DNA of 64,000 nucleotides from Chloroflexota bacterium (GCA_011523735.1 WTGB01000028.1:34048-98047), one strand, 5' to 3'; positions 27,290 through 36,880 are shown, counted from the stretch's first letter. Notes: a model not told the origin generated them from the sequence alone. Numbers and translations are program-made.

Positions 27290-27518
27290 ACCTACACTCC
27301 TTCACGCCAATCCCAGCGCACAAGAATCAAATAATTGTTCGATTATAGGGGAGCGTCGCGCGGCATTCAAGCGGCTGACGGGCATCACTTCAATCTCTGT
27401 TTTCACTTGTCAATCTAGTGCGGCATACGAGAACATTTAGTCGCCTATTCCACTCCATTCTCTGCTAGCCTAATCCCAGCGCGCCTTGACAACCGTATAG
27501 CTCGACCTGCCTCCTTTC

Positions 27519-27586
27519 TGGAATTGGAGTTTTATTGGACAAAAAATATTTTGCCTTCCAATTTGGAAGTCTAACAAAACTCCAAT
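27519..27586. promoter_or_regulatory. Nested inverted repeats / candidate TetR operator in the divergent intergenic region
   Basis: ATTGGAGTTTT (27523..27533) is the reverse complement of AAAACTCCAAT (27576..27586). Between them lies the perfect palindrome TTCCAA-T-TTGGAA (27556..27568). The array contains four ATTGG/CCAAT cores in total. Confidence 0.3.
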
Positions 27587-27725
27587 AATCCATCTGCTTG
27601 GCCTACCCGCGCCCGACCAACGCGCAAGATTAACGGCAAGCCTTCCGCGCCACGCAGACCGCCGTACACTTCTGACCGCAAAGGACTATAATGGTCCCGC
27701 TCTGATTGAATCGCGGAAAAACTCC

Positions 27726-28577
27726 ATGCAGCCGGCAAACTGGCAAACTTACGACCTCATCTTCTTCGATTGCGACAGCACCCTGTCCGCCATCGAAGGC
27801 ATCGACGAACTCGCCCGCCTCAAAGGCAAAGAAGGACGCGTCGGTCTGCTAACCAACAAGGCGATGGATGGCGAGCTTGACCTGGCCGATGTCTACGGCA
27901 AGCGCCTGCGAGCCATCAAACCGACGCTCGCCCAGCTCAAGGCGGTTGAAGAACGCTACTGGGAAACCGTCGTAGAAGACGCGCCCGAAGTCATCGCTGC
28001 CTTGCAATTCCTCGGCAAAGAAGTCTTCATCATCAGCGGCGGATTGATCGATGCCGTCAAGGGTTTCGGCCGCCGGCTCGGCCTTCAGCCGGAGCGAATC
28101 CGCGCTGTGGAACTGGAATACAATGAGCTGTCCGGGCGCTGGTGGGATTATCATGAGCCGGGGGCGCAGCAAGCCAAAACCTATCTCGATTACAGTGAGG
28201 GTCCCCTGACCATATCGAGCGGCAAGTCGAAGATCATCAGCGAGCTAGCCGGCCGCTTGCCCGGCAAGCGCGTCATGATCGGCGATGGCGCTTCCGACCT
28301 GGCGACCAAGCCCCTGGTTGACCTCTTTGTCGGCTATGGCGGCGTCGTAGCCCGCGAAACGGTCAAAGCGGAAGCCGATGTCTTTCTGCAGGACCCGTCG
28401 CTCGCCGCGATCCTTCCCCTCGTCAGCGGTCAGCGCGGCTGGACGGCTCTGCGCGGCAGCAAGCACGAAGCTGTCTTCCGCAAAGGCATTCTGCTGGCCG
28501 CATCTCCCCAATCCACACTCTTCCAAACCGAGATCCAACGCGAAGGTTTTATCCGAGAATTTGAGGGCATCGTCTGA
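27726..28577 (+). CDS. serB: HAD-IB phosphoserine-phosphatase-like hydrolase
   Basis: FFDCDSTLS (DxDxT), ISGG, and K...GDGASD motifs. It lies in a three-gene string that ends with serA. Confidence 0.65.
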   Translation: MQPANWQTYDLIFFDCDSTLSAIEGIDELARLKGKEGRVGLLTNKAMDGELDLADVYGKRLRAIKPTLAQLKAVEERYWETVVEDAPEVIAALQFLGKEVFIISGGLIDAVKGFGRRLGLQPERIRAVELEYNELSGRWWDYHEPGAQQAKTYLDYSEGPLTISSGKSKIISELAGRLPGKRVMIGDGASDLATKPLVDLFVGYGGVVARETVKAEADVFLQDPSLAAILPLVSGQRGWTALRGSKHEAVFRKGILLAASPQSTLFQTEIQREGFIREFEGIV

Positions 28578-28579
28578 TT

Positions 28580-29248
28580 ATGAGTTTCTCCGCGCTTATC
28601 TTTGATATGGACGGTTTACTGGTCGATTCCGAGCCGGTCTGGCATGAAGTCGAAATCGACCTCATCGAGTCTTACGGCTATACCTATTCCGCTGAAGTGC
28701 GCGACCTGGGCATCGGCATGCGCGTGGACGAATTCGCCGCCATTCTGCAACAGCATTATCCCAAGCTCGGCGATTCGCCGGCCGCCATTGAGGCCGCCAT
28801 AACCGGGCGATTGCTCGCCTTGCCGCCGGAGCGAATCTGTGCCAGACCCGGCGCCCAGGAAATTGTGCATTATGCCGCCGAGCTTGATATACCGCGAGCG
28901 ATCGCTTCCAGCTCATCCCAAGTTGTGATCGAGCATTTTGTCCACTTGATGGGCTGGCAGGAGCTAATTCCGCAGCGCTATTCCGCCGAATTTGTAACGA
29001 GGGGTAAACCGGAACCGGATATTTACCTGCATGCGGCGGAGCAAATTGGTATCCGACCGGAGTGCTGCCTGGCGCTGGAAGACAGCCGTGCCGGTACCTT
29101 GTCGGCACAGGCCGCCGGGATGACATGCTTCACCGTGCCCGACCTGTCACACTCCAGCCTGGATGATTTTGCCGATGTGAACGACCAGGTCTTTAGCAGC
29201 CTTTTCGAGGTGATCGAAGCTATCAAGTCGAAAGGACTATTCGCGTGA
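28580..29248 (+). CDS. HAD-IA family phosphatase (beta-phosphoglucomutase/sugar-phosphatase-like)
   Basis: LIFDMDGLLVDSE (DxDG), ASSS, and KPEPDIYL...LEDSRAG motifs. Confidence 0.8.
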   Translation: MSFSALIFDMDGLLVDSEPVWHEVEIDLIESYGYTYSAEVRDLGIGMRVDEFAAILQQHYPKLGDSPAAIEAAITGRLLALPPERICARPGAQEIVHYAAELDIPRAIASSSSQVVIEHFVHLMGWQELIPQRYSAEFVTRGKPEPDIYLHAAEQIGIRPECCLALEDSRAGTLSAQAAGMTCFTVPDLSHSSLDDFADVNDQVFSSLFEVIEAIKSKGLFA

Positions 29249-30840
29249 GCCAACACCATGTTGTAGTCGCAACCGACCTCACGCCGGAGAGTGTCGCGCT
29301 GCTCAAAGAGAGTGCTGCATACCGCGTGACCTGTGTGCCGCCGAAGACCTCAAACGTGCGCGCTTCGCTTGCGGATGCCACAGCCATTATCACGCGTTCC
29401 GATTTCAAGCTGGATGCGCCGCTGCTGGACCACGCGCCCAAGCTGAAACTGGTCGCCCGAATGTCCGCCGGGCTGACCGGCATCGACATTGACGCCGCCA
29501 CCGAGCGTGGCATCCTGGTGATGAACACGCCTGGTGTCAGCGCTATCGCCGCCGCCGAACATACGCTGACCTTGCTGCTGGCGCTAAATCGCAATCTGCC
29601 AGCCATACATGAAAGCCTGCGCGAGGGCTGGTGGCTCTTCGACAGGCAACAGCAAGTCGGTACACAGCTGCACGGCAAGACCATCGGCATCGTCGGGTTA
29701 GGGCGTGTCGGTCATCGCGTCGCCCGTCTCTGCCTGGCGCTCGGCATGACTGTCCTCGCCTACGATCCATACATCCGTGAAGAGCAGGTCGATGATAGAC
29801 GCATCAGCCTGGTCGGCCTCCACGAACTGCTATCGACAGCCGATTACGTCAGCATGCACGTTCCAGCCACGAAGGAAACGATCGACTTCTTTGATGAAGA
29901 GACGTTCCGGCTGATGAAGCCCGGCGCCTGCTTCATAAACACCGCGCATGGCGGCATCATCAAGGAAACACTGCTGGCGGAGGCGCTTAAGGAGGGGCAC
30001 TTGGGCGGCGTTGCGGTCGATGTCTGGAATGAAGAGCCGCCCTTCAACAGCCCCCTAATTGGCTTGGACCGGGTCATTCACACGCCGCATATCGGCGACA
30101 ACACGGCGGAGGCGCGGCAGGACCTATCGCTGCAGATCGTCAAGCAGGTCATGGACGCTCTTAACGACCGCGACTATCGCAATGTAGTGAATCTGCCGCT
30201 GCTGCCCGGCCTCAAATACGATGAGATCCGCCCCTTTATGCAACTGGCTGAATGCATCGGCGCGCTCCACCATATTCTGGCGCGCAGCCCAATCCGCCGC
30301 ATCGCCATCGAAATAATCGGCGAAGATATGCATGGTCTGATCAAGCCAATGACCGTCGGCATCCTCAAGGGTTTGCTTAGCCCCATACTCGGCGACAAGG
30401 TGAGCTTCGTAAACGCGCCGCTGCTGGCGGCTGAACGCGGCTGGCAAATCACACAAGCGAAAGGCATCAAGATCAGCGAATATCGCAATATCATCACCTG
30501 TCAGACCACGCTCGAGGATGGCGAAGAGATCAGCATTGCCGGCGCCTTGCTCGATCGGCAGAAACCCTACATCTTGCAGATCAACGACTATCGCATCCAC
30601 TTTGAGCCGCGCGGGCACCTGCTGATCATGGGCAGCTACGACCAGCCCGGGGTGATCGGCCGGGTCGGCAGCTTGATGGCGGAAAACGGCATCAATATCG
30701 CTAGCTGGCACACCGGGCGGGCCGAGCCGGGCGGCAACACCCTGACGGTACTGAACTTCGATGAGCCGTTGCCAGAATCAGTGATGGCCAGCCTCAAGCA
30801 ACAGGATTTCATCCGCCATGTGCATCAACTGCATATCTAG
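29245..30840 (+). CDS. serA: D-3-phosphoglycerate dehydrogenase (long form with ASB/ACT C-terminus)
   Basis: GTG start overlapping the previous stop. GKTIGIVGLGRVGHRVA (NAD site), the catalytic region HIGDNT, and a C-terminal regulatory ACT-like segment (GVIGRVGSLMAENGINIAS). 531 aa. Confidence 0.9.
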   Translation: MSQHHVVVATDLTPESVALLKESAAYRVTCVPPKTSNVRASLADATAIITRSDFKLDAPLLDHAPKLKLVARMSAGLTGIDIDAATERGILVMNTPGVSAIAAAEHTLTLLLALNRNLPAIHESLREGWWLFDRQQQVGTQLHGKTIGIVGLGRVGHRVARLCLALGMTVLAYDPYIREEQVDDRRISLVGLHELLSTADYVSMHVPATKETIDFFDEETFRLMKPGACFINTAHGGIIKETLLAEALKEGHLGGVAVDVWNEEPPFNSPLIGLDRVIHTPHIGDNTAEARQDLSLQIVKQVMDALNDRDYRNVVNLPLLPGLKYDEIRPFMQLAECIGALHHILARSPIRRIAIEIIGEDMHGLIKPMTVGILKGLLSPILGDKVSFVNAPLLAAERGWQITQAKGIKISEYRNIITCQTTLEDGEEISIAGALLDRQKPYILQINDYRIHFEPRGHLLIMGSYDQPGVIGRVGSLMAENGINIASWHTGRAEPGGNTLTVLNFDEPLPESVMASLKQQDFIRHVHQLHI

Positions 30841-30887
30841 ACGCCAGTTGCGTTATACTTGAGATAATGGTTGCGAGGGAGAACGCT

Positions 30888-31202
30888 ATGAATCCCGAAA
30901 CAACACTTGAATTGCCATTGGACGCCATTCGCGAGTACTGCGCTGGGCAGCCAATTCGACGCTTGTCCGTCTTCGGTTCAGCGCTTCATGGGAATATGCG
31001 CTCCGACAGCGACATCGACTTGCTAGTTGAGTACATGGCTGAGTCCCAAGTTGGCCTTGAGTTTTTTCAGAACGCTGTTGACCTGAGCGAAATTATCGGC
31101 CGAGAAGTTGACTTGCGAACGCCGGAGGATTTGAGTCGGTATTTCCGAAAAGCGGTTTGCGAGGAAGCGATACCGATCTTTGAAAATCAGCCGGGAGAAT
31201 GA
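30888..31202 (+). CDS. mntA: MntA-type nucleotidyltransferase antitoxin (type VII TA)
   Basis: Trimmed to the ATG at 30888, which is preceded by GAGGGAGA. FGSALHGNMRSDSDIDLLV is the GSx(n)DxD minimal nucleotidyltransferase motif. Confidence 0.8.
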   Translation: MNPETTLELPLDAIREYCAGQPIRRLSVFGSALHGNMRSDSDIDLLVEYMAESQVGLEFFQNAVDLSEIIGREVDLRTPEDLSRYFRKAVCEEAIPIFENQPGE

Positions 31203-31551
31203 CCGCATAAGGCTATGCCATGCATTGGAAGCCGCGCAGAAGACGCAGCGGTTCGCGCAGGGGCACACGCGCGCTTCACTTGCGCGGGACGAAGGCTTGC
31301 AACTGATCTTAGCCAGGCTGCTGGAGATTCTAGGAGAAGCTGCTGGTTCCGTTTCGCTGGAGTGCCGCTCAAGGTATCCTGACCTGCCATGGTCTAGCAT
31401 GAAAGCCATGCGCAACTGGCTGGCGCATGCCTACTTTGATATCAACCTCGATACGCTTTGGAATGTCGTACAGAATCATATAGTTCCGCTAATCGACCAT
31501 CTGGAAGCCATTCTAGAGGCAGAACACATCGACTGCTCTGTGCAGGAGTGA
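31180..31551 (+). CDS. hepT: HepT-type (DUF86) RNase toxin
   Basis: RNWLAHAYF matches the Rx4HxY catalytic motif of HEPN/DUF86 toxins. It overlaps mntA by 23 nt. Only a TTG start is available at 31180, so the exact start is uncertain. Confidence 0.75.
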   Translation: MKISRENDRIRLCHALEAAQKTQRFAQGHTRASLARDEGLQLILARLLEILGEAAGSVSLECRSRYPDLPWSSMKAMRNWLAHAYFDINLDTLWNVVQNHIVPLIDHLEAILEAEHIDCSVQE

Positions 31552-31558
31552 CCAACGC

Positions 31559-33445
31559 TCAATCCAAGTGACTCTTGATATTCAGGGCGACCTCTTTGCT
31601 GATGCCATTGACCGCCGCGAGCTCGGCGACGCTGGCGTTCTTTATCGCATCGATGGAGTTCTCAAAATGCTTGAGCAGGACTTTGCGCCGCTTGGGTCCC
31701 ACACCGGGGATCGTCTCCAACCGGCTGGCCAAGCCCAGCTTGCGCCGCTGTTTGCGATGGCTGGCGATGGCGAAACGATGGGCTTCATCGCGGGCGCGCT
31801 GCACCAAGAACAGCGCTTCGCTGCGCCGCGACAATAACACCGATTCCGCCTTGCCCGGCACAAAGATCTCTTCAATCCGCTTCGCCAGAGACGCCAGCGG
31901 AACACGATCGGCAATACCGAATTCTTCCAGCACTGAATGTGCTGTATTAAGCTGTCCTTTGCCCCCGTCGATCAGCAGCAGATCGGGCAGAAGGCGCCAA
32001 GTCTCGTCCTTGTCCCGGCCGTCCGGCGTAAATTCCTTTCCCTTTTCCACCGCGTTCTTCCAGCGCAGAAAGCGCCGCGTCAACGCCTCGCTCATGGACA
32101 GGTAATCATCCGAACCAGCGTGCGATATGCTGCGAATATTAAAACGGCGGTATTCGCTTTTCCGCGGAACGCCACGGACGAAGACGACGCGGCTCGCCAC
32201 AATCGCTGTTCCTTGCGTCGTGCTAATGTCAAAGCATTCGATGCGGTTGGGGATTCGCGGCAAGCTTAGCGCCTCTTGCAATTCCGCCATCGCCTGCTCG
32301 TGCTTGGTGGTATCGGCTTCGTATTGCGCCCGCATCATTTGCAGGCTTTCCAGCGCGTTTTCCTGCGCCAGTCCGATCAGCTTGCGTTTGTCGCCGCGCT
32401 GCGGCACGTGGATCGTCACCCGCGAACTGGATCGCTTGTCGCTGAGCCAGCGCTCGAGTATCCGCGCCTCTTCAACTTCCTTGGGCAGGATGAGTTCGCG
32501 CGGAATGTTGGACGAACTGGCATAGAACTGGCTGATGAACTGCTCTAGCACAGTGGCGTCGCTTTCGCCTTCGGTATTGTCCATCATGCGCGAGTCGCTG
32601 CCGATCAGCTTGCCATTGCGAATGAACATGATCTGCACAGTCGCATCGCGGTCATCGCGGGCCAGAGCGATTACGTCATGGTCGGTCATGTTCTTGCCGA
32701 CGGCTTTGTGCTTGTTCGTGATGAAATCTATCGCTTTCAGTTGATCGCGGATGCCGGCCGCCTTCTCAAAGTTGAGCTCTACGGCGGCCGAATTCATTTC
32801 ATTCACCAGGCGCCGCTGCACATCGTTCGCCCGGCCGCTCAAGACATCCATCAGTTCTTGGATCATGAAGCGATACTCATCGCGACTGACCGCCCCGATG
32901 CAAGGCGCGTTGCAGAGCTTGATATCGTGAAACAGGCAGGCGCGCTCATCTTCGCCAGTGATGTCTCGGTCGCAAGTCAAATAAGGAAAAGCTTTCCGCA
33001 AGTCGCTAAGCGTCTTCTGCACCACCCACATCGCCGAATAAGGACCGAAATAGCGCGAACCGTCCTTGACGATGCGGCGCGTCGTTTCCACTTTGGGGAA
33101 GGCGTCCCCCCAACCGACCCGGATATAAGGATAGCGCTTGTCGTCTTTGAGCTCGATATTGAAGCGCGGCTTGTGTTTCTTAATCAGCGTCTCTTCAAGG
33201 ATCAGCGCCTTGACTTCGTTTTCGGTGATGATGAAATCGATATCCGCCACTTCCGCCCGCATGCGCAGCGTTTTGCTGTTGCCGTCCGCCTGTGTTGTGA
33301 AGTAACTGCGTACGCGATTGCGCAAGCGCTTCGCTTTGCCGACGTAGATGATTTTGCCCCGCCGGTTTTTGAGCAAATACACACCGGGCTTGGCGGGCAA
33401 GTTCTTCAAGATCGTCTCGATGTGCTGCGGTTTTTCGTAGGCCAT
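31559..33445 (-). CDS. uvrC: Excinuclease ABC subunit C
   Basis: Trimmed to the ATG at 33445. GIY-YIG domain (GVYLLKNRRGKIIYVGKAKRLRNRVRSYF), UVR domain, RNase H-like endonuclease domain, and C-terminal (HhH)2 (IPGVGPKRRKVLLKHF). Confidence 0.9.
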   Translation of the reverse strand: MAYEKPQHIETILKNLPAKPGVYLLKNRRGKIIYVGKAKRLRNRVRSYFTTQADGNSKTLRMRAEVADIDFIITENEVKALILEETLIKKHKPRFNIELKDDKRYPYIRVGWGDAFPKVETTRRIVKDGSRYFGPYSAMWVVQKTLSDLRKAFPYLTCDRDITGEDERACLFHDIKLCNAPCIGAVSRDEYRFMIQELMDVLSGRANDVQRRLVNEMNSAAVELNFEKAAGIRDQLKAIDFITNKHKAVGKNMTDHDVIALARDDRDATVQIMFIRNGKLIGSDSRMMDNTEGESDATVLEQFISQFYASSSNIPRELILPKEVEEARILERWLSDKRSSSRVTIHVPQRGDKRKLIGLAQENALESLQMMRAQYEADTTKHEQAMAELQEALSLPRIPNRIECFDISTTQGTAIVASRVVFVRGVPRKSEYRRFNIRSISHAGSDDYLSMSEALTRRFLRWKNAVEKGKEFTPDGRDKDETWRLLPDLLLIDGGKGQLNTAHSVLEEFGIADRVPLASLAKRIEEIFVPGKAESVLLSRRSEALFLVQRARDEAHRFAIASHRKQRRKLGLASRLETIPGVGPKRRKVLLKHFENSIDAIKNASVAELAAVNGISKEVALNIKSHLD

Positions 33446-33602
33446 TAGGAACAAATAGAGTCTTGGGTTTTGGGCTGATCGCTCATCATTTTAGCATGAT
33501 CCAGCATCACGGTGAATTAAACTGACGCTTCCTTGGGACTCCCGAAAATCGGTCTCGTGGATTATGCTCTGAGGAGACCAACAACTGCTTATCCAAATAT
33601 AG

Positions 33603-34529
33603 ATGCAACAACATATACCTGTCCTTCTGCCAGCTGTCATCGAAACGCTCCGCCCAGCCGATTCGATGGTCATGCGGCTGATTGATGGTACTGTCGGCGG
33701 CGGGGGCCACAGCCACGCTCTGCTCGAAGCCGGCATCGACGAAGTCCTCGCTATCGATCGCGATACGCGGGCGATTGCCCAGGCGCGTCAAAGACTCGCG
33801 AGTTTCGGCAGGCAGGTCACTTTCTATCACGGCAGCTACCTTGAGATGAGAAACCCAGCGACGGCTATGGGCTGGAGTACAGTCGATGCGATTCTGCTTG
33901 ATCTGGGTCTGTCCTCCCCCCAACTTGATGATCCCGGACGCGGCTTTTCCTTTCGCTATGAGGCTCCGTTGGATATGCGCTTCGACACCGTCGACGACAG
34001 CGCAACCGCTCATGATCTCATCAACAAGTTGCCCGCTGGGGAACTGGCGGATTTACTTTTCCGTTATGGCGAGGAACGCCACGCCCGCCGAATTGCAGGC
34101 GCGATCGTGGAGGGGCGACCTGTTTCAACCACATTAGAATTGGCGGAACTGGTCGCAAGCGCTATACCACTCCCAGCGAGGCGCTCATCGAAGATTCATC
34201 CCGCCACCAAGACATTTCAAGCGTTGCGCATCGCAGTCAATCAAGAGTTGGACGCGGTCGAAAAGGTCATTCCCATCGCCATTGATCTGCTGCGCCCGGG
34301 TGGACGACTGGCCGTCATAACGTTTCACAGTCTGGAAGATCGGCTCGTCAAACACGCATTCAAGCAACTTGCCACAAATGTGGTCTCGCCGCCTGGTATG
34401 GCATCGATTCAGGCAAGGCAAGCCAAAGTCAAGCCGGTAACTCGCAAACCTATCGTGCCGGATAGCAAAGAGCTTGGAGCCAATCCGCGCAGCCGCAGCG
34501 CCAAACTCCGCGTTATCGAAAAGCTCTAA
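33603..34529 (+). CDS. rsmH: 16S rRNA (cytosine1402-N4)-methyltransferase
   Basis: HIPVLL...DGTVGGGGHSHALL...DLGLSSPQLD...FHSLEDR...NPRSRSAKLR are the classic MraW/RsmH motifs. It is the first gene of the dcw cluster. Confidence 0.9.
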   Translation: MQQHIPVLLPAVIETLRPADSMVMRLIDGTVGGGGHSHALLEAGIDEVLAIDRDTRAIAQARQRLASFGRQVTFYHGSYLEMRNPATAMGWSTVDAILLDLGLSSPQLDDPGRGFSFRYEAPLDMRFDTVDDSATAHDLINKLPAGELADLLFRYGEERHARRIAGAIVEGRPVSTTLELAELVASAIPLPARRSSKIHPATKTFQALRIAVNQELDAVEKVIPIAIDLLRPGGRLAVITFHSLEDRLVKHAFKQLATNVVSPPGMASIQARQAKVKPVTRKPIVPDSKELGANPRSRSAKLRVIEKL

Positions 34530-34646
34530 GCCAATTGATTTGAGTTGCGCATAATCCCATTTCGGATACATTGGATGATATAGTTCGGCAGCTTAGCAAC
34601 AGTTGCCGCAATTTGTCTTTTCCCGATGAGGTAACGAACCTGCGGA

Positions 34647-35117
34647 ATGTCGCAAGCCTGGTTTCAGCATACCTTCAGCCGCAAACGCTTCCGGACGCGT
34701 AATCAAGCGACCGCGCTGGCAATATTGGGTGTTGCCATTCTGCTGATCCTGGGCAGCCTGTATTTGTCGCAAGTGGCATCCTTCGCGATCACCAATCGTC
34801 AGATTGAAGACCTCATAAGTCGGCGTGATGAATTGAAGCGGCAGAATGAAAAGCTCATCGGCGAGATCGCGAGTTACCGCACTGTCCCGCGTCTCTTCGC
34901 CCGCGCCGTCGATATCGGATTCCGTCCCGCAACAAATGCTGATATCGACTATGTTCTGATAGAGGGATATAACCCCAACCGCAATCGAGTGTCACGAACG
35001 ACTTCGGAAGACAGCCGAACTGAGCTGACCGTACCGGTCTATGAAGAAACATTCGGTAGCTGGCTAGAACAGCAATTAGCTCTCATTAGCGATCAATTTC
35101 GTTCATTTGGCAATTGA
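34647..35117 (+). CDS. ftsL: FtsL-like bitopic cell-division protein
   Basis: Short cytoplasmic tail, one TM (ALAILGVAILLILGSLYL), then a coiled-coil-prone segment (IEDLISRRDELKRQNEKLIGEIA). It occupies the position between rsmH and ftsI. The assignment rests on topology and position only. Confidence 0.6.
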   Translation: MSQAWFQHTFSRKRFRTRNQATALAILGVAILLILGSLYLSQVASFAITNRQIEDLISRRDELKRQNEKLIGEIASYRTVPRLFARAVDIGFRPATNADIDYVLIEGYNPNRNRVSRTTSEDSRTELTVPVYEETFGSWLEQQLALISDQFRSFGN

Positions 35118-35131
35118 TGGACTAAGACCAC

Positions 35132-36880
35132 ATGCAGGGACCATCATCCCAACAAGCAACGATTCAGGCGCGCCTGCCGTTCGTGGCGATTTTCCTGATA
35201 TTGCTGGCGGCATATCTAATCATTAATCTCGCCAACTTCCAGTTTTTTCCGCGCTCCGTACGACAAGAACTGGAAAAGATAGGCAACTCCATTACCAATA
35301 CCACCCTGCGAATCCCTGCCGAGCGGGGTCGGATTTATGATCGCGATGGCGAGCCGCTGGCTTATAACCTCGTGCAATATCGCCTGGGTATTAGTCCGGC
35401 ATTCGTTGCTGATGCCGATAGCCTCAGCGCTAAGCTATCGGAAATCCTGAATCTTTCCTATTTCGAGATTTGGCGTAAAGCCACCAGCGAAAATGTTTGG
35501 GAGTTCCTCGCCGGTCCGATATCGGCTGAGCAGGGGCAAGCCATTGCCGCGCTCGATGACATCTCGCTGGGCTTGGAAGAGATTCCCAAACGCTTTTATC
35601 CACAAGGCGAGCTGGCCGCCCATGTCGTTGGCATCGTCGTCGATGACGGATTGCGCGGCGCCTTAGGGGTGGAAGGCGCTTTCAACGATACGCTTTCCGG
35701 TCGTGTGCTCGATCTTGCGATAAGCAAGGTGCCTTTCGACCTGCCGGAAGACCGCCCAGCCGAACAACGCGGGCAGGACATTGTCTTAACGCTTGACCGC
35801 GATGTTCAATTCTGGGTGGAAAGCGAACTAAAAAATGCGGTTGAGCAGTACAATGCCTTCCGAGGCACGGTTATTGTGATGGATCCACGCAATGGCGATG
35901 TGCTGGCTTTGGCCAACTATCCGTCCATCGACCCCAACAACTTCCTGGAAATCGCTGACCCCAACCTGCGCGTCAACCCGGCGATCAACGAGACCTATGA
36001 ACCCGGCTCGCTGATGCAGGTTTTGACCGTGGCCGGCGCGCTCGAAAAAGGCGTCATCACTCCCTTTTGGACCTACAATGACACGGGGTACCTGGAGGTC
36101 GGCGGTCGGGACATTTTTAATGCCACTTACCGGTCTTATGGTACGACTGATCTGGCGACAATCCTGAGCAACTCCCTTGATGTTGGGGCGGCGACGATCG
36201 CTCTGCAAATGGGCACTAGCGATTTCTACAGCATGATGCGCGCCTTTGGCTTAGGGCAAGCAACCGGCGTTGGGCTATTCGCGGAAGAGCGCGGAGAGTT
36301 GAGATTACCGGGTGATTCCGACTGGAACGAGAGTTTCCTCGGTCTAAACAGCTACGGACAAAGCCTGAAGGTCACAGCAATGCAGATGATCACCGCTTAC
36401 GCCGCGATTGCCAACGATGGCATCATGCGGCAGCCGCGCATCGTCCGTCAAATCATCAGCGAAGACGGACCCGAAGAAGCCCGCTCTTCGACAATTCGCC
36501 GAGTCGTTTCGGCTGAGACGGCCGCTATCCTCAAAGATATACTGATACGCGTCGTAGGAGAAGGCGCGCCCGCGGCTGAACTGTCTGGATACTCCATCGC
36601 TGGCAAGCCCGGCACCGCCAAGATTTCAACCGCTGTGGCTTTTGAAGAAGGGAGAAACGCCAAGATCCTCTCTTTCATCGGCTTCTTGCCCGCTGATGAT
36701 CCGCAGGCAGTTGTCATGGTAAAGTTAGACCGGCCAGACGGCGATTTTGGCTATCAAGTTGCGGCGCCGGTATTCAGGCGAATCGTCGATCGCCTTGTTA
36801 TTTTGCTTGAAATACCAGGGGATAGTGTCAGGAGTCGTCTGGCAGCCGCTGAAGCAGACATTAACAGAAGCAGTAGCTAG
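35132..36880 (+). CDS. ftsI: Class B penicillin-binding protein (FtsI/PBP2B-like) with degenerate catalytic motifs
   Basis: N-terminal TM and a PBP-dimer/pedestal region (ERGRIYDRDGEPLAYN). The transpeptidase module aligns by eye, but its boxes read SLMQ (36008..36019), SLD (36173..36181) and KPG (36605..36613). Confidence 0.85.
   Translation: MQGPSSQQATIQARLPFVAIFLILLAAYLIINLANFQFFPRSVRQELEKIGNSITNTTLRIPAERGRIYDRDGEPLAYNLVQYRLGISPAFVADADSLSAKLSEILNLSYFEIWRKATSENVWEFLAGPISAEQGQAIAALDDISLGLEEIPKRFYPQGELAAHVVGIVVDDGLRGALGVEGAFNDTLSGRVLDLAISKVPFDLPEDRPAEQRGQDIVLTLDRDVQFWVESELKNAVEQYNAFRGTVIVMDPRNGDVLALANYPSIDPNNFLEIADPNLRVNPAINETYEPGSLMQVLTVAGALEKGVITPFWTYNDTGYLEVGGRDIFNATYRSYGTTDLATILSNSLDVGAATIALQMGTSDFYSMMRAFGLGQATGVGLFAEERGELRLPGDSDWNESFLGLNSYGQSLKVTAMQMITAYAAIANDGIMRQPRIVRQIISEDGPEEARSSTIRRVVSAETAAILKDILIRVVGEGAPAAELSGYSIAGKPGTAKISTAVAFEEGRNAKILSFIGFLPADDPQAVVMVKLDRPDGDFGYQVAAPVFRRIVDRLVILLEIPGDSVRSRLAAAEADINRSSS

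Noticed and set aside
32678-33448. 256-aa plus-strand ORF inside uvrC, and similar antisense ORFs 30124..30711 in serA and 26750..27334 in the TetR gene
   Set aside because: All lie fully within well-supported genes on the other strand. Their translations are Arg/His/Asp-rich and motif-free.
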